A stretch of DNA of 64,000 nt from Octopus vulgaris. Taxonomy: Eukaryota. How positions within the stretch are numbered: position 1 is the first letter of the stretch; every line of letters begins with the position of its first letter. Positions 1 to 12,655 of this stretch are shown piece after piece. Both the position numbers and the translations under genes were made by a program. The notes beneath the pieces are model-generated. The model had not been told where the DNA came from, searched no databases, and saw only the letters and a program-made list of their open reading frames with translations. The DNA lies in NCBI GenBank assembly GCA_951406725.2, contig OX597838.1, positions 1,922,001-1,986,000 on the forward strand, in the 5' to 3' direction.

Positions 1-180
1 GTGTCTATCCCCGCGATGCTTGACAACCGGTTTTGCTTTGTTTACGTCCCATTTACTTAGCGGATCGACAATACGGACCGTTAGAATACCTAGCAAACTT
101 TAAAATAAAAGTAGCAACTGAGGTCCGTTTGTTTGACTAGAAACCTTTCAAGCAGTGCCTTGGATATGGCCGCAGTCCAC
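1..180 (+). mobile_element. SINE family A, 3' half
   Basis: GCTTGACAACCGG...TTTACGTCCC...ATGGCCGCAGTC homologous to 22289-22685. Confidence 0.75.
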
Positions 181-674
181 ATAAGAGATAGAGGATATGC
201 ATAAACACACACATACACACACACACACACGCGCGCGCACACGTGCATTTATGAATACTTATATAAACAAATCACCTGCTCGTGCAACGGACGGCAGTTT
301 GAGGATATCAAAAAAAAGCTCGGCTTTTTGATTAAAATTGATTTGAATTGATCAGAAATTGATGCGAAATTCGACACAAGAAAAACCGTGTTTTATCCTA
401 TTTGTTGTGGCAATTGTTGTTGTTGTTGTTGTTGTTAAATTTGTGATTTATGTTCACCCAATTAAACGACCCCTCTGCACCCCCGCCTCCACCCATCCAC
501 CTCCAACACATCCCAATGAACAAGCGATGTCCCCTTTCATCTACGACGTTGTTCAGTAATGTCTGCCAGCCACTCAACGAGGCGATGCTGCCTGTGACTT
601 GAAGGGAGTCGTTGAAGTTAGTGGCGGAGTCATTCATACGTAACTAAATATTCCAACTTTAACAGAACCAAAGC

Positions 675-676
<2 letters not shown>

Positions 677-758
<82 letters not shown>

Positions 759-778
759 GGGTGACGAGGGTGATGATG

Positions 779-810
<32 letters not shown>

Positions 811-866
811 GATGGTGATGATGGTGATAATGATGGTGATGATGATGATGATGATCATCGTCATCG
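677..866. repeat. (ATG/GTG)n microsatellite
   Basis: Direct inspection. Confidence 0.95.
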
Positions 867-1172
867 TCAGATACCGGCAGTGGAGTCCTGCTCCCTTTCA
901 AACGTGATTTACTAACACTAGTCAAACGCGTGTCTCCACCGCCGTCTCCTCGGTTTCTGCCGTCGCGGGTCCGACATGTTTGCAGCAGAACGAACGGATT
1001 AATGCAAAGCTGGTTAAAGGGTTTACAAGTTATAAATATAACCGGAGACATGTTCAAGCAGAGACTCACAGACATTCATATGCACGAATGCGTCTATATA
1101 TATATATATATATATACTCGTCCATTTTTGATAATTATGTAAATATATATACATACATATATATATACATAC

Positions 1173-1206
<34 letters not shown>

Positions 1207-1344
1207 AAATATATATATAAAGATATGTAGATATAGATATGTATATGTATGCATACATACATATATACAAACGTATATCTATGTCCATATATGTATTTCT
1301 GTCTATATGTCTGCATACACACTCATTTAAATGCATATATATAT

Positions 1345-1392
<48 letters not shown>

Positions 1393-1404
1393 TACATAAT
1401 GCAT

Positions 1405-1449
<45 letters not shown>

Positions 1450-1831
1450 TATATGACCATATAAGGTGTATGGAAAGTTCGGTGTCTGCCAGATGAGAGC
1501 GTAACCCGATATTATTTAAACGTATGAAGAAGCCTCTTCTTCGGTCTGTTTATTCCTTTTTATCTACTTCAGATATCAGAGGGATACAGAAACGCATACA
1601 CACACACACACACACACATACACACGCATGCATACTTATACGTACATATATATATGTCAGTATGCATGCATGTGTGTGTGTGTGTGTGTGCGTATGTTTG
1701 TGTGTGTGTGTGCGTATGTTTGTGTGTGTGTGTATGCTTTGGCCTTAACTTGCTACGTCAACCTCTACGTTTTCTTTTGCCAATATGCCTGAGGTAGCTT
1801 TCATCTTATGTGATCCCCTCTTTCTCTTTGA

Positions 1832-1866
<35 letters not shown>

Positions 1867-2114
1867 TATACATATACATATATATATATATGTGGATACA
1901 TGCGGTATAGAATAGATAGGTTGATAGCTAGATGGATGGATGGACGGACGGATGGATAGGTGGTAAGGCTTATATGTGTTCCTATATGAGACGGCGATAT
2001 CGTAAAGACCGATAAACATACAAATTGGCAGACACACGGACAGATACATAGATAGAGGGAGATAAGAAGAAGAAGAAAAAGAGAAAGAGCTATAGATGCC
2101 TAGGACACACACAC

Positions 2115-2190
<76 letters not shown>

Positions 2191-2469
2191 GTATATACAA
2201 TCGTAGGTAAGTGTGTGAGGTGGTTGGCGGGAATGTAAGAAAGTCGAAATATCTAAACCACAAATGTTTCGTGATATTAACATTGTGAATAAGATTAAAA
2301 CTACATTTCAAACCGAATCTTTGTTCTGCAACAATCAGTTCTTTGAGGCTTTAAGTTTCGGCCAAGAATTCTCTTCTCTCTTCTCTCTCTTCTCTCCTAA
2401 TTCCATTCCGACCATTTTCAAATACTAATTTCCATAAAGCTATTTAAAACACAAACCGCCTTCCACAAT

Positions 2470-2840
2470 TCCACCACAAACATCACCAGAACTACCACCG
2501 CCACTACCACTACCACCACCACTACTACCACCACCACTACCACAACCACTACCACCAGGACGACAACGACGACCACGACCACCACAACCAGCAGCATCAC
2601 CACCACTACCACGACCACCATTACCATCGTCACTACCATAACCACCACCACCACTACCATCATCACCACTACTACCACCATCACCACCACTACCACTACC
2701 ACGACCACGACGACGACCACCACCACTACCATGAATTCCGCCCTACCCCCTCCAACCCGTACGCCTCCGATCCCTACCACAAACACCACCAACACCACTA
2801 CCGCTACCATTAATATCACCCCCCACCATCCCCATCACCT
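2470..2840. repeat. (ACC/ACT)n degenerate trinucleotide array
   Basis: Direct inspection. Confidence 0.9.
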
Positions 2841-2986
2841 TGCTCAACAATGAACCGCATCTCTCACTTAACCACTATTGCTACGTATCATTTCGCCAGT
2901 AATACACATACACACATGAAACACACACCTTTATATTAGAGTACAAAGAAAATATAACAGGAAACGGTACATGCACATACACACAC

Positions 2987-3020
<34 letters not shown>

Positions 3021-3117
3021 CGGGAAGCTTTATGAAAATAGACAAAAGACGAAGGCAGGTGGAAAACAAACGAACAATTGTATTAGTATGGCGCTCAGGA
3101 AATATAAATAAAACAAG

Positions 3118-3155
3118 TCTTTAACGTTTCGAGCCTACGCTCTTCAACAGAAAGA
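3118..3155 (-). ncRNA. Minimal type I hammerhead ribozyme motif (PLE-type), copy 1
   Basis: Minus strand reads TCTTT-CTGTTGA-A-GAGC(GTAG)GCTC-GAAAC-GTT-AAAGA: 5-bp stem I, core variant CUGUUGA, 4-bp stem II, palindromic ACGU stem III. Confidence 0.6.
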
Positions 3156-3685
3156 TACACAGAGAGAAAAAAAACACAGAAAGAAGGAGAGAAAAAAATG
3201 CGTGCAGTAGCTAACGAATCAACATGGCGATCTGATTTCGGCCAGAGGTCAAAGATCAAACATGAGACGCGAGAGCGAAATAAGGGGAGATAATAGGGTT
3301 GATAATATGGTTGAAGGACAATATAAGAGAAAATAAAAATACAACAAACGGGACAGTTTATGCGAACAAGTTCAAGGTTGAAAGTTCAAGGTGAGAAATG
3401 TGTAGACGTCGTGGTATATTTTTTAAGGATTTCACATCAATGCAAAGTCACTTTGATCCGCGAAAGAGAGGTGCAGCCAATGGTAAGTATCCAAGAGGTA
3501 AAGAAAATCCAAGGTAGAGGTAAGTGTTGATAGTGGTATTGGTAGAATATAGGATGAAAGTGAGACCACGTGAGCGCATAATATATAACGGGAAGCTTTA
3601 TGAAAATAAACAAAAGACGAAGGCAGGTGGAAAACAAACGAACAATTGTATTAGTATGGCGCTCAGGAAATATAAATAAAACAAG

Positions 3686-3723
3686 TCTTTAACGTTTCGA
3701 GCCTACGCTCTTCAACAGAAAGA
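3686..3723 (-). ncRNA. Minimal type I hammerhead ribozyme motif (PLE-type), copy 2
   Basis: Identical to copy 1. Confidence 0.6.
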
Positions 3724-3755
3724 TACACAGAGAGAAAAAAACACAGAAAGAAGGA

Positions 3756-3817
<62 letters not shown>

Positions 3818-4066
3818 ATATGTATGTATGTAAATATATATATATCTGTAAATGTAATATGCGACAATTATTCGGTAGCCATGATAAAACTCCGAGTTTC
3901 GGATGTCGGGGTGGAAATCCACGCCGTCTTCTCTTCAGTTATCCGACCATCGGAAAAATGCTATGAAAATGACCGTTAAACAAAGGGAAATTACTGTGTG
4001 AATGACCAATATTAAGACAAAAGTGCTATTTGAATGACGGCTAAGTGGTTGTCTTACTATTTCTAT

Positions 4067-4100
<34 letters not shown>

Positions 4101-4475
4101 CTATGGCAAGAAGAAAATGGAGGGAATCCAGAGGTAGTATTCATCGGCTGTTCGACATTATATTATGTCTATTTATTTTAAATTGTTCAGTATAAATACA
4201 TGTGTAAAGTACTGGTAATTTCTAGAATAGAGAGAGAAGAGCAGTTTCTTACAGCTGCTTCTGACAAGAGGTCACACTACTCCACATATTATACTATAGT
4301 GATCTGCAGCTAAAATTAGGGTCCTTGGGTATGCCTCTAGGCTTCGTCAGAGAGTTCAGAAGATAGTCTAAGAAGATCAGAGGGCTAAATTATGTATATC
4401 TAAATATACATATACATATATATACACATATATATATATATACTCACATATATACATGTGCCTAGAGTAGAAAAG

Positions 4476-4645
4476 AATTTTGGCAAAGGCCAGAAATTTC
4501 GGGTGATGGGGGCTAGTCGATTACATCGACCCAAGAGCGTAACTGATGCCTATTTCATCGACCCCGAAAGAATGGAAGGCAAAGCCGACTCCGGCGGAAT
4601 TTGAACTCAGAACGTAAGGACGGACCAAATAAAACGAAAGTAGAC
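4476..4645 (-). mobile_element. SINE family B, partial
   Basis: ATCGACCCCGAAAGAATGGAAGGCAAAG...GGCGGAATTTGAACTCAGAACG. Confidence 0.8.
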
Positions 4646-5581
4646 CAAGGACAGAGCATCGTTGTGAAGCAGTGAATGTCCAACATAAAAACATTTCTTC
4701 GAGGCCATTATTGTGTTAAATGCTCCGGACGAAATGAACCAAAATGGAATCGTTGCGATAACTGTCATTTCTAGCTTCCTTCTAGCTTCTCTCTCTCTCT
4801 CTCTTTCACTCGCTCCGTGTGTGTGTGTGTATATGTGTGTGCGTATGAATACATTTTCGCACGGACATCGATACGTATGCATAGGAGTGTTTGTATGAGT
4901 GGAAACGGACATGTGTGCGCTGACTCGCGTGTCTATGTGTAGGAATACATGTGTATATTTGTAATCATTAACAAAACCTGTTATATATGAGTGTCTGTGT
5001 GTATGTGTGCGTGTGTGTATGTTTGCGTGTGTGCATATATGCGTATATATGCATACACATAGTCATATGTCTATGTATTTATCTATTCACACACATACAC
5101 ACACATATATATGTATGTATGCGTATATGTATGCAAACATAGACATGTGTATACACACACATACAAATGTATGTATGTATGCATGTACATGTATGTATGT
5201 ATGTATGTATGTATGTATGTATGTGTGTATGTATCTATGTATGTATATATGTATGTATGTATTATGTATCTATGTATGTATGTAATATGTATGTATGTAT
5301 GTATGTATGAATATAAATAGATGAGAATATCTCAGTTGCTGGTCCCGAAACCATCGAACTGTGAATAGTAAAGATAGGGGCCAGGCAACGGCTACAAGAC
5401 TACTCCCTACCATCTCAACCTCCCCCCCCGTCCCCCACCGTTCACTAATATAGTATATTGTTCACCTGAAATATCCCCATGGGGCAGGTTGGTGGCGGGG
5501 AAGAATCGGACGTACACAAATGCAGATAAAGGGAGACACGCCAATGACTTCTTCAATTTCGTACTTTTAATAATCCACGTG

Positions 5582-5600
5582 ACAACAACAACAACTACTA

Positions 5601-5650
<50 letters not shown>

Positions 5651-6024
5651 GCTGCTACTACTGCTGCTGCTATCGTAGACGCAACAAATTGTAGCCATCA
5701 ATGCAAAAGCAACAGCTAATACGGCAACAGCAACAAGAATAACAATTGCAAGATTGACCAGAAACATCATAACGAAAACAATAACAACAAACTGAACAAC
5801 GACACGAATGACGATGATGATGATGAGGATGATGATGGTGATGATGGGGATGATGAAGATGGTGGTGGTGATGGTGGTGGTGATGATGATGATGATGATG
5901 ATGATGGTGATGAAGATGGTGGTGATGATGATGATGCTGATGATGATGATGGTGATGATGATGATGATGGTGGTGGTGGTGATGATGATGGTGATGATGA
6001 TGATGATGGTGGTGGTGATGATGG

Positions 6025-6058
<34 letters not shown>

Positions 6059-6108
6059 GGTGGTGGTGGTGGTGATGGTGGTGGTGATGATGATGATGGT
6101 GGTGGTGG

Positions 6109-6140
<32 letters not shown>

Positions 6141-6157
6141 GTGGTGATGATGGTGAT
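5582..6157. repeat. Compound trinucleotide arrays (ACA/ACT/GCT, then GAT/GGT)
   Basis: Direct inspection. Confidence 0.9.
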
Positions 6158-7109
6158 CTTTAAGCTTTCTTTTGTTTGCGACGGAGGCGTCAGAAGATTG
6201 CGGTTTTTCCAATAAGAACTCCAAAGCTTCCTGTAAATACGTTTCATTCTCACACATCCAGATTAAAAACAGGAAAGACTTCAGTTCTGTGCGTTTAGGA
6301 GACAAAACCTCCCTTTCCTGGCGTGCAAAATGCCCAAGCAATGTAGATAACTCCAATGAAATCAGCAAGCAGAACATTTTCGAGCATCAAGGCGATATAG
6401 TTTATGCTACTTTTTAAGGTAAATGTAACATGTTCCAGTCTTATGTGACCTCTTCAGCGAGACATTCTATTCCGATAGCAGAAAGAATCCCAACAAAATA
6501 ACGTGTCATTTTCTGGTGGCATAATGATGATGATGATGATGATGATGATGTCGACGAGGAGGACACTAATGACATTGGTAATGATGAGGCTGAAGGGGAT
6601 GATGATGATTGAGTCTGGACAGTGAGGGAGGCAGGACGGGTGATTCGATCTGAGAAGTGGGGAGATATATTGGAGGTGCCAGCAAATTGATCTTTGATGT
6701 ATAGGAGAGGTGGTGGTGGGTGGGGGAGCGAACTTTCGGACACCTGAGATGGCTTTAGAATTTGTAAAGGGAGAGATAAAGAGAGAGAGAGAGAGAGTGA
6801 GAGAGGGAAAGGAGGAGAGAAATAAGAGAGAGGAAGAAAGAGGGAGAGAGAGGGGGGGCAGTGAAAGAGGGAGTGAATGAGATAGGGTATGCTTAACGAG
6901 GTTCTTCATTCTATATCCTCAGGTAAATCTTGGGTTATTATTCCACGTTAATTAACGGTATTGAGTACTTTCTTTAATGCTCTTCTCTTTAACGGCGTCT
7001 TACATCAGTGTGTCAGCATGATACAACCAAGCATTAAACATACATGCATTCATATACGTAGAAACATATGCACATACATACATACACGAATATATATGTA
7101 TATATATGA

Positions 7110-7181
<72 letters not shown>

Positions 7182-7895
7182 ATATATGTATATATATCGT
7201 ATGTGTGTGTACGTACAAACATACATATACATAACATACATGTATGTATGTGTGTATGTATGTATACATGAACGAATGCAATGGTATAATTCAAGACTCA
7301 TTCGCGCGTGCATTCTGTTGGCGTTTCCAACAATGTGAACATTGGGAGATAAATATTCGTGCACGCATGTCATATAACCATGCGTATAGAGACACACACA
7401 CCACACACACACATTCACACAGAAACAAACTAAGACTCCCAAATAGACACACAGTAATCCATACGTCCACACACACACACATAAACATACATCTCTGTGC
7501 GCACGCAGATACAGCATCAGCCCCATGTGTACGGGGAGGACATTAGCAATTGTAAGTGAAGTAATTGAAACTGTGTGAAAATCGATTCCCCAAGCCATGG
7601 GAGACCACGTGACGTATCCTAGCACGTGCTTCAGTGGACATAAGTTGGAGTGGTAGTAGTAGTAGTTGTAGTAGTAGTAGTAGTAGTAGTAGCAACAGCA
7701 GCAGCAGTAGTAGTAGTAGTAGTAGACTCTTCTACAATAGGAACAAGGCCTCAAGTTTTTTTTAGGGTGAGGTTTTGTCGAAATAATCAACCCTAATGCT
7801 CGACCGATATTTATTTCATCGACTCCGAAAGGATGAAAAGCAAAGTCAATCTCGGAAGAATTTTAATTTTAATCATTTTTACGATCAGCCGCCTC

Positions 7896-7932
<37 letters not shown>

Positions 7933-8195
7933 GTGATGATAAATGCCCTAATGCAGTACCAGTCAGTGGCTCTCATGGCTTCTGATCTTAACTGATTGAA
8001 AGTGTTATCATGTACATTGTTTTGTCTTGGTTTAAAAGATGAGCTACAGCAAATATTCTGCTCAATACCACAGATTTGCTTGTCAGTTGTTTGACCTTAA
8101 CCATTTGAGCATGTCCCTTAGTGGCTGACGATGTGTGCATCTCTGATCACGAGCAGAAGTAGTGGGGGAGCATCATAGCCATGTGTTGGGAGGAA
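7896..8195 (-). mobile_element. Probable retroposon 3' end with (ATT)n tail
   Basis: A ~255-bp complex segment abutting a trinucleotide tail. It resembles an abundant octopus repeat from memory; only one copy is in the window. Confidence 0.45.
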
Positions 8196-8944
8196 TACTT
8201 TGGGGTTTGGATAAAGAAGATAGACGAAGCAAGGAAGAGGAGGTAAACACCAGCTGGGAAACGGTGGGATAAAAGAGAAGGAAGAGGAGAAAGAGGGCAC
8301 ACGTAGTAAAGGACGACCCCCAACCAACACCCACTCGGCTCCCACCCACACCCACTCTGCCCCAACCACCCTATAGACACCAACCATCCCCATGCCCTGC
8401 CTGGCATAAACACAAGCACAAACACACAGAGGCCGCAAATTTCCCCACCCTGATTCTTGGATAAATTTGTTATATAACAGGAATAAGGAAGAACTTTGAA
8501 ACGATATAAAAACATGGGAAAATGCAATAGAAGTGGACATAACAAGGGCAGGAGGGTTACCCAAGGGAGTTTTTTGTGCAGTGGCGGACCTGGAGTACCT
8601 CTCTAGATTGATAAATTACGAACAAGAACCTGATTCCAATTGGTAGATTACGAAAATGGACACCAACAAGATACCTAAAAGGGTGAGTTATGCTTATATT
8701 TTAAAAGAATTTGACATAGACATTTTCCAAACAAGTGAAAACTAGCTGTCACAAAGACATTATCAATGGTAATAAAAATTAATATTTAAAAAAAAACAAG
8801 GTTATAATTACAGGTTCAATGAAGTCACTCAGAGGAGGGGCCGAACGGCTTCACTCCATTTTTTCATTATATTCAGTTCATCCTTTCTCTTCGTTTTTTT
8901 TTTGTCTCCATCTTGTACGGCCTTCATGGCCAATTTCATGAAAT

Positions 8945-9260
8945 ACGGGACTTCAGTCTCACTGCGTGGCACCTTGGGATAGTGTCTTCTACTAAAGCCT
9001 CAGGCTGACTAAAGCCTTGTGAGTGGATTTAGTAGATGGAAAATAAAAGAAGCCCGTTGTATATATCTGTATGTATGTATGAGCGCGTGTCTTTGTGTCT
9101 GCCGGTGCTAGTTTGTTTAAGTCCCCGTAAATTAGCAATTCAGCAAAATAGACTGATAAACAAAGTGCTAAGCTTAAAAAAGTCCTGGGGTCGATTCATT
9201 CAACTAAAAATTGTTCAAGCCGAAGCTCCAGTATGGCCGCAATCAAATGACTGAAACAAA
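8945..9260 (+). mobile_element. SINE family A, 5'-truncated
   Basis: CACTGCGTGGCACCTTGGG...AAAGCCTTGTGAGTGGATTT...AAATGACTGAAACAA. Confidence 0.85.
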
Positions 9261-9339
9261 GGATTAAAATGTTCATAAATTCGCAAACGCGGTCTTTAAT
9301 ATTTTCCTTGTGATGCTTGTTCGGTGTCTAGTTCCAGAG

Positions 9340-9483
9340 AATCCCCTCTCACTGTCTCTCACCGCCTGAAAGGCAGTGAATCCTCTTCTTCACCCGTTCT
9401 TCTCGTCTTTCAATTTCTCCATCCTCCAACGCCTACAACTTCTGGTTTAAGCCGAAGCTATTAAAGAAAACAGCCGTAAATTG
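9340..9483 (+). other. Possible 5' non-coding exon of the PA28-like gene
   Basis: Unique sequence ending in TTG|GTGAGA (donor at 9484), with candidate acceptor TTTTTGTAG ending 9927 upstream of the ATG. The start coordinate is a guess. Confidence 0.25.
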
Positions 9484-9604
9484 GTGAGAGGAGGAATTGA
9501 ACTGATGACCTCTCTGTTTAAATTCCCGCTGGCAGGGAGAAATTGAATGAAAAGGATGAAAAGAAATAGAAAGAAGACAAATTTGAGACCAAGATTAAAA
9601 GTTA

Positions 9605-9786
9605 TTCAAAATGCATAACGGCATTTTGCCAGTCTGCAAGTTCTGAGTTCAAATTCCGCTAGGTCAACTTTGCCTTTCATCCTTTCGGGGGGTCAAAGAA
9701 ATAAGTACCAGTCGACCACCGGGGTCCATATAGTCGACTTATCCCCTCCCACCAAATTGCTGACCTTCTGCCAAAATTTGAAACCA
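9605..9786 (+). mobile_element. SINE family B
   Basis: GTTCTGAGTTCAAATTCCGC...TTGCCTTTCATCCTTTCGGGG...AAGTACCAG. Confidence 0.8.
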
Positions 9787-9992
9787 AAATTAAAGAAATT
9801 TCTGTTAAAAGAATAACATTTGAATATCAGAAAATTCGATATTGTTTCAGTCTTTAGAAATATTCTAATTATTGCTTGGAATGTTTTATTCTTCTTCTAA
9901 TGATGAATCCATTATAAATTTTTGTAGAAGCAACAGCGGTTGGTCGGTTGTAGCTTGAGGGAATCGGCGTCTTCATACTTTGGCAGGGAATC

Positions 9993-10313
9993 ATGAACGC
10001 GCGGGTTTCCCTAAAACGTTCTTTAATTACCAACTTCAGTCGGAGAGCTATCAAAGACGCCGAGTTACTCATTTCTCAGTGTTTCCCCCGTGAAATAGAT
10101 GAATTAGAAGACATTGCTTGTTACAACATCGGCACTATAGAATCGCGCCTCTCTAACCATATTGATTTTGTCTCCAATGAGATTACAACAAAATATGCAC
10201 AGTTAAAACCAATTCTGCAGAACCTCGAAGCCCACAATTCATTAATTAGAAGCTGGGTGACGTTTATTTCTCGGGAATTTCAGACGTTCAAAGATGCTGG
10301 CAGTTTAACTTCG
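9993..10313 (+). CDS. Coding exon 1 of a divergent PA28/REG (proteasome activator subunit, PSME3-like) gene; joins 12656..12931 to give 198 aa
   Basis: Non-repetitive ORF with ATG at 9993 and an in-frame TAG upstream at 9951. ITNFSRRAIKDAELLISQCFPREIDEL resembles the PA28gamma N-terminus (VDSFRERITSEAEDLVANFFPKKLLEL). SNEITTKYAQLKPILQNLEAHNSLIRSWV resembles SNQQLVDIIEKVKPEIRLLIEKCNTVKMWV. Phase-0 donor TCG|GTAAAC at 10313/10314. Confidence 0.8.
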
Positions 10314-10347
10314 GTAAACAAATAAATCTTTTCTTTAAATTCTTTTT

Positions 10348-10722
10348 GGATCTTTTCGGTTTGAACGGCAGTTTTTTCTATCGGTGTCATATGAAATTGT
10401 CACCCATAATTATAACCCTAGTATCGATCAATTGCATTTCAATCTTTTTTTCTTCACAAATGTAAATAAACCCAATCTGTTTCTTAAACGAGGGACATAC
10501 ACGGCACAGAATGTTTTCAACTCAATAGACGTCATTGATTGGTTGAAATTGCAGAAATTGAAGAAAAAAAACAACAAATATCTTACAAACTATAGAATTT
10601 TCTCAATACAGCCAAGAGAAAAAGATGCTTTAGAAACCCATTCTACCAGAATACGAAGTTTAAAAGTGTTTAGTTACGTGGAAATTATTTAAAAAAAACT
10701 GCCGTTCAAAGCGAAAAGATCC
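10348..10722. mobile_element. MITE (375 bp) with ~30-bp terminal inverted repeats, in the PA28-like gene intron
   Basis: GGATCTTTTCGGTTTGAACGGCAGTTTTTT ... AAAAAACTGCCGTTCAAAGCGAAAAGATCC with one mismatch. No clear TSD. Confidence 0.8.
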
Positions 10723-12655
10723 AGAACGAGTTTATTCTAGAGGCTGGAAACGCCGTCATGGGATTGAACGCCGAACAACTTTATAAGAAAGCAAACACTC
10801 TACCCACCCCCATAGCAATTCCGATGCCCAGCGTTCTCTTTCGTTCGTTGCCTGTGAAAATGCACGTTGTAGGCGCATGTGTGTGTGTTGTGTGTGTATA
10901 CATGCTTTCTGTATGAGTAGATTTGTCTATAGCTCTCTTCTCCTCCAAACTCTGCTAATAGGACCCCCACCCCATACATATATATATGTGTGTGTATGGG
11001 GGGGGGAATGGTATTTTTCTTTTCTGCTCTCTACTTCCTCTCCAGAGATTCTTCGACAGAGATAACCGGTTGCTCGAATTAAAACCGATACATCACTCCT
11101 CCTAGAAACGATGTATTTTATTAAAACGCCGCCACCCACTCCACCATGCACCGATGAGCATCGCTTTTCTTTTCATTTTATTTTCGAACATTTTTCTTTA
11201 TCTTTTGTTTTTCTTTTGGATGGTTGGGAGTATATTTCTTATGTTGGATAAAATATTACTTATTGACGAAGGAAAGATCAATTATTGATGTGGAATATTT
11301 ATATTGGAATACGCTAATAGAAATAATGGCCAGAAAAAAGCAAGTTTCGACTAAGTTTTTACATTTCAAGGCGAGGAATATTGACTCCGAATGTTTCGTT
11401 GTTTTTCAACATTTTTGAACTTCCACCGTGGGCCGGGGAGTAGGTTTAAGTGTTATTAAAGTTGGTTAAATCCTTGGTATGTAACTTTACGTCACGTGTG
11501 TGTGTGTGTGTGTGTGGTGGCTGACTAAAGAAAGAACAGCTGCATTTGTGGAAACTTAGTTTCAAGAAGTTAATGTTTGCCGACCGAATTCGTGGGTCAC
11601 AGAATCTGACCGCTTGGTCTTTTTTTGTCTGCTGTGAGGAGAGAGAGAGAGAGAGATTGTTTATTGGCTATTGAGGAGAAAAAAACAACACGTGTCTCTG
11701 TTGCTTTCCTTTCTTCTGTACAAATTTGTCAGCAGGCTCTTTCTTTCTTTCTCTCGAAATCGTTAAACTCGGAGTCACAATTAAAAGATTCGGTTGCCAA
11801 TCACTACACTACAAAGGTAGAAAAACCATAGCTAATCGGAAAATCTTTCCACATTTCCCTTAATGCTATAATCACGGAGTTAAGGACAATCCGCGCATCA
11901 GCTCCCAATCCATTTAGACCCCTTTCGCATTCAACTTCTTTCAATAAAACCTCATTTTATCCCTGTAATACATTCCCTGGTAGGTTTTTGGTGAGATTAC
12001 GACCCAGGGATTTCCTTTTCAGCTGAAACCACAAGCAAAAGGCATAAAAGTTGAATACCTCAACATCTCCTTTCTCTACAGGTGTGTGTACTCGTATATC
12101 AAATCTGATCTAGATGACCAACAATAAAACCGTTCCAGGTGTGACCATTTTTTGTTCTCTTTTCAAATAACCTGCATACAGAACCACTTTGTCTAATGTC
12201 CTTCCATTTTTTTTCAAGCCGGCAGGGTCAGAAATAGTGTTATTTATGATTACTTGTAGCCCAGCCGATCTATGATGAGAGGGATCCCATCCTTAACCAG
12301 CCTGCGGTATTTTCAGATGCACGGCACTAATATATCCCTGCCAGAATTAGGGCTGTATCATGTGACAAAAAATTGTAATTGCTATTTCTAGCAGGTTTAG
12401 CGACCACTTTCCTTTGCTGGCTAGTTCGTAATTAATTGCACAAGGTTACTCGCCATGTGAGATTGAGTTTTTATGTATACTCTTTTTGTTCTTAAGGGTG
12501 GGATGGTCATTGCTGGAATATCTTTGACCATAAATCTAATCATTGCTGACCTGGAGCTAAATAACTTTTAGAATCCACCTAAAAATCTGAAATTGTTTTA
12601 TTTGTTCTACAATTTTTTTTGTCTTTTTTTTTTTTTTTCAATTTATCTCCCGCAG

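Larger units (their letters stand above)
3013..3755 (-). mobile_element. Non-autonomous Penelope-like/retrozyme-like element with two ~175-bp direct repeats (3013-3189, 3581-3755)
   Basis: Near-identical direct repeats offset by 568 bp, each containing a minimal hammerhead motif. Flanked by TA/TG microsatellites; no coding capacity. Confidence 0.7.

Noticed and set aside
398-1075. Minus-strand ORFs flanking the (ATG)n array
   Set aside because: Every frame through the repeat closes shortly afterwards; no domain or splice support.
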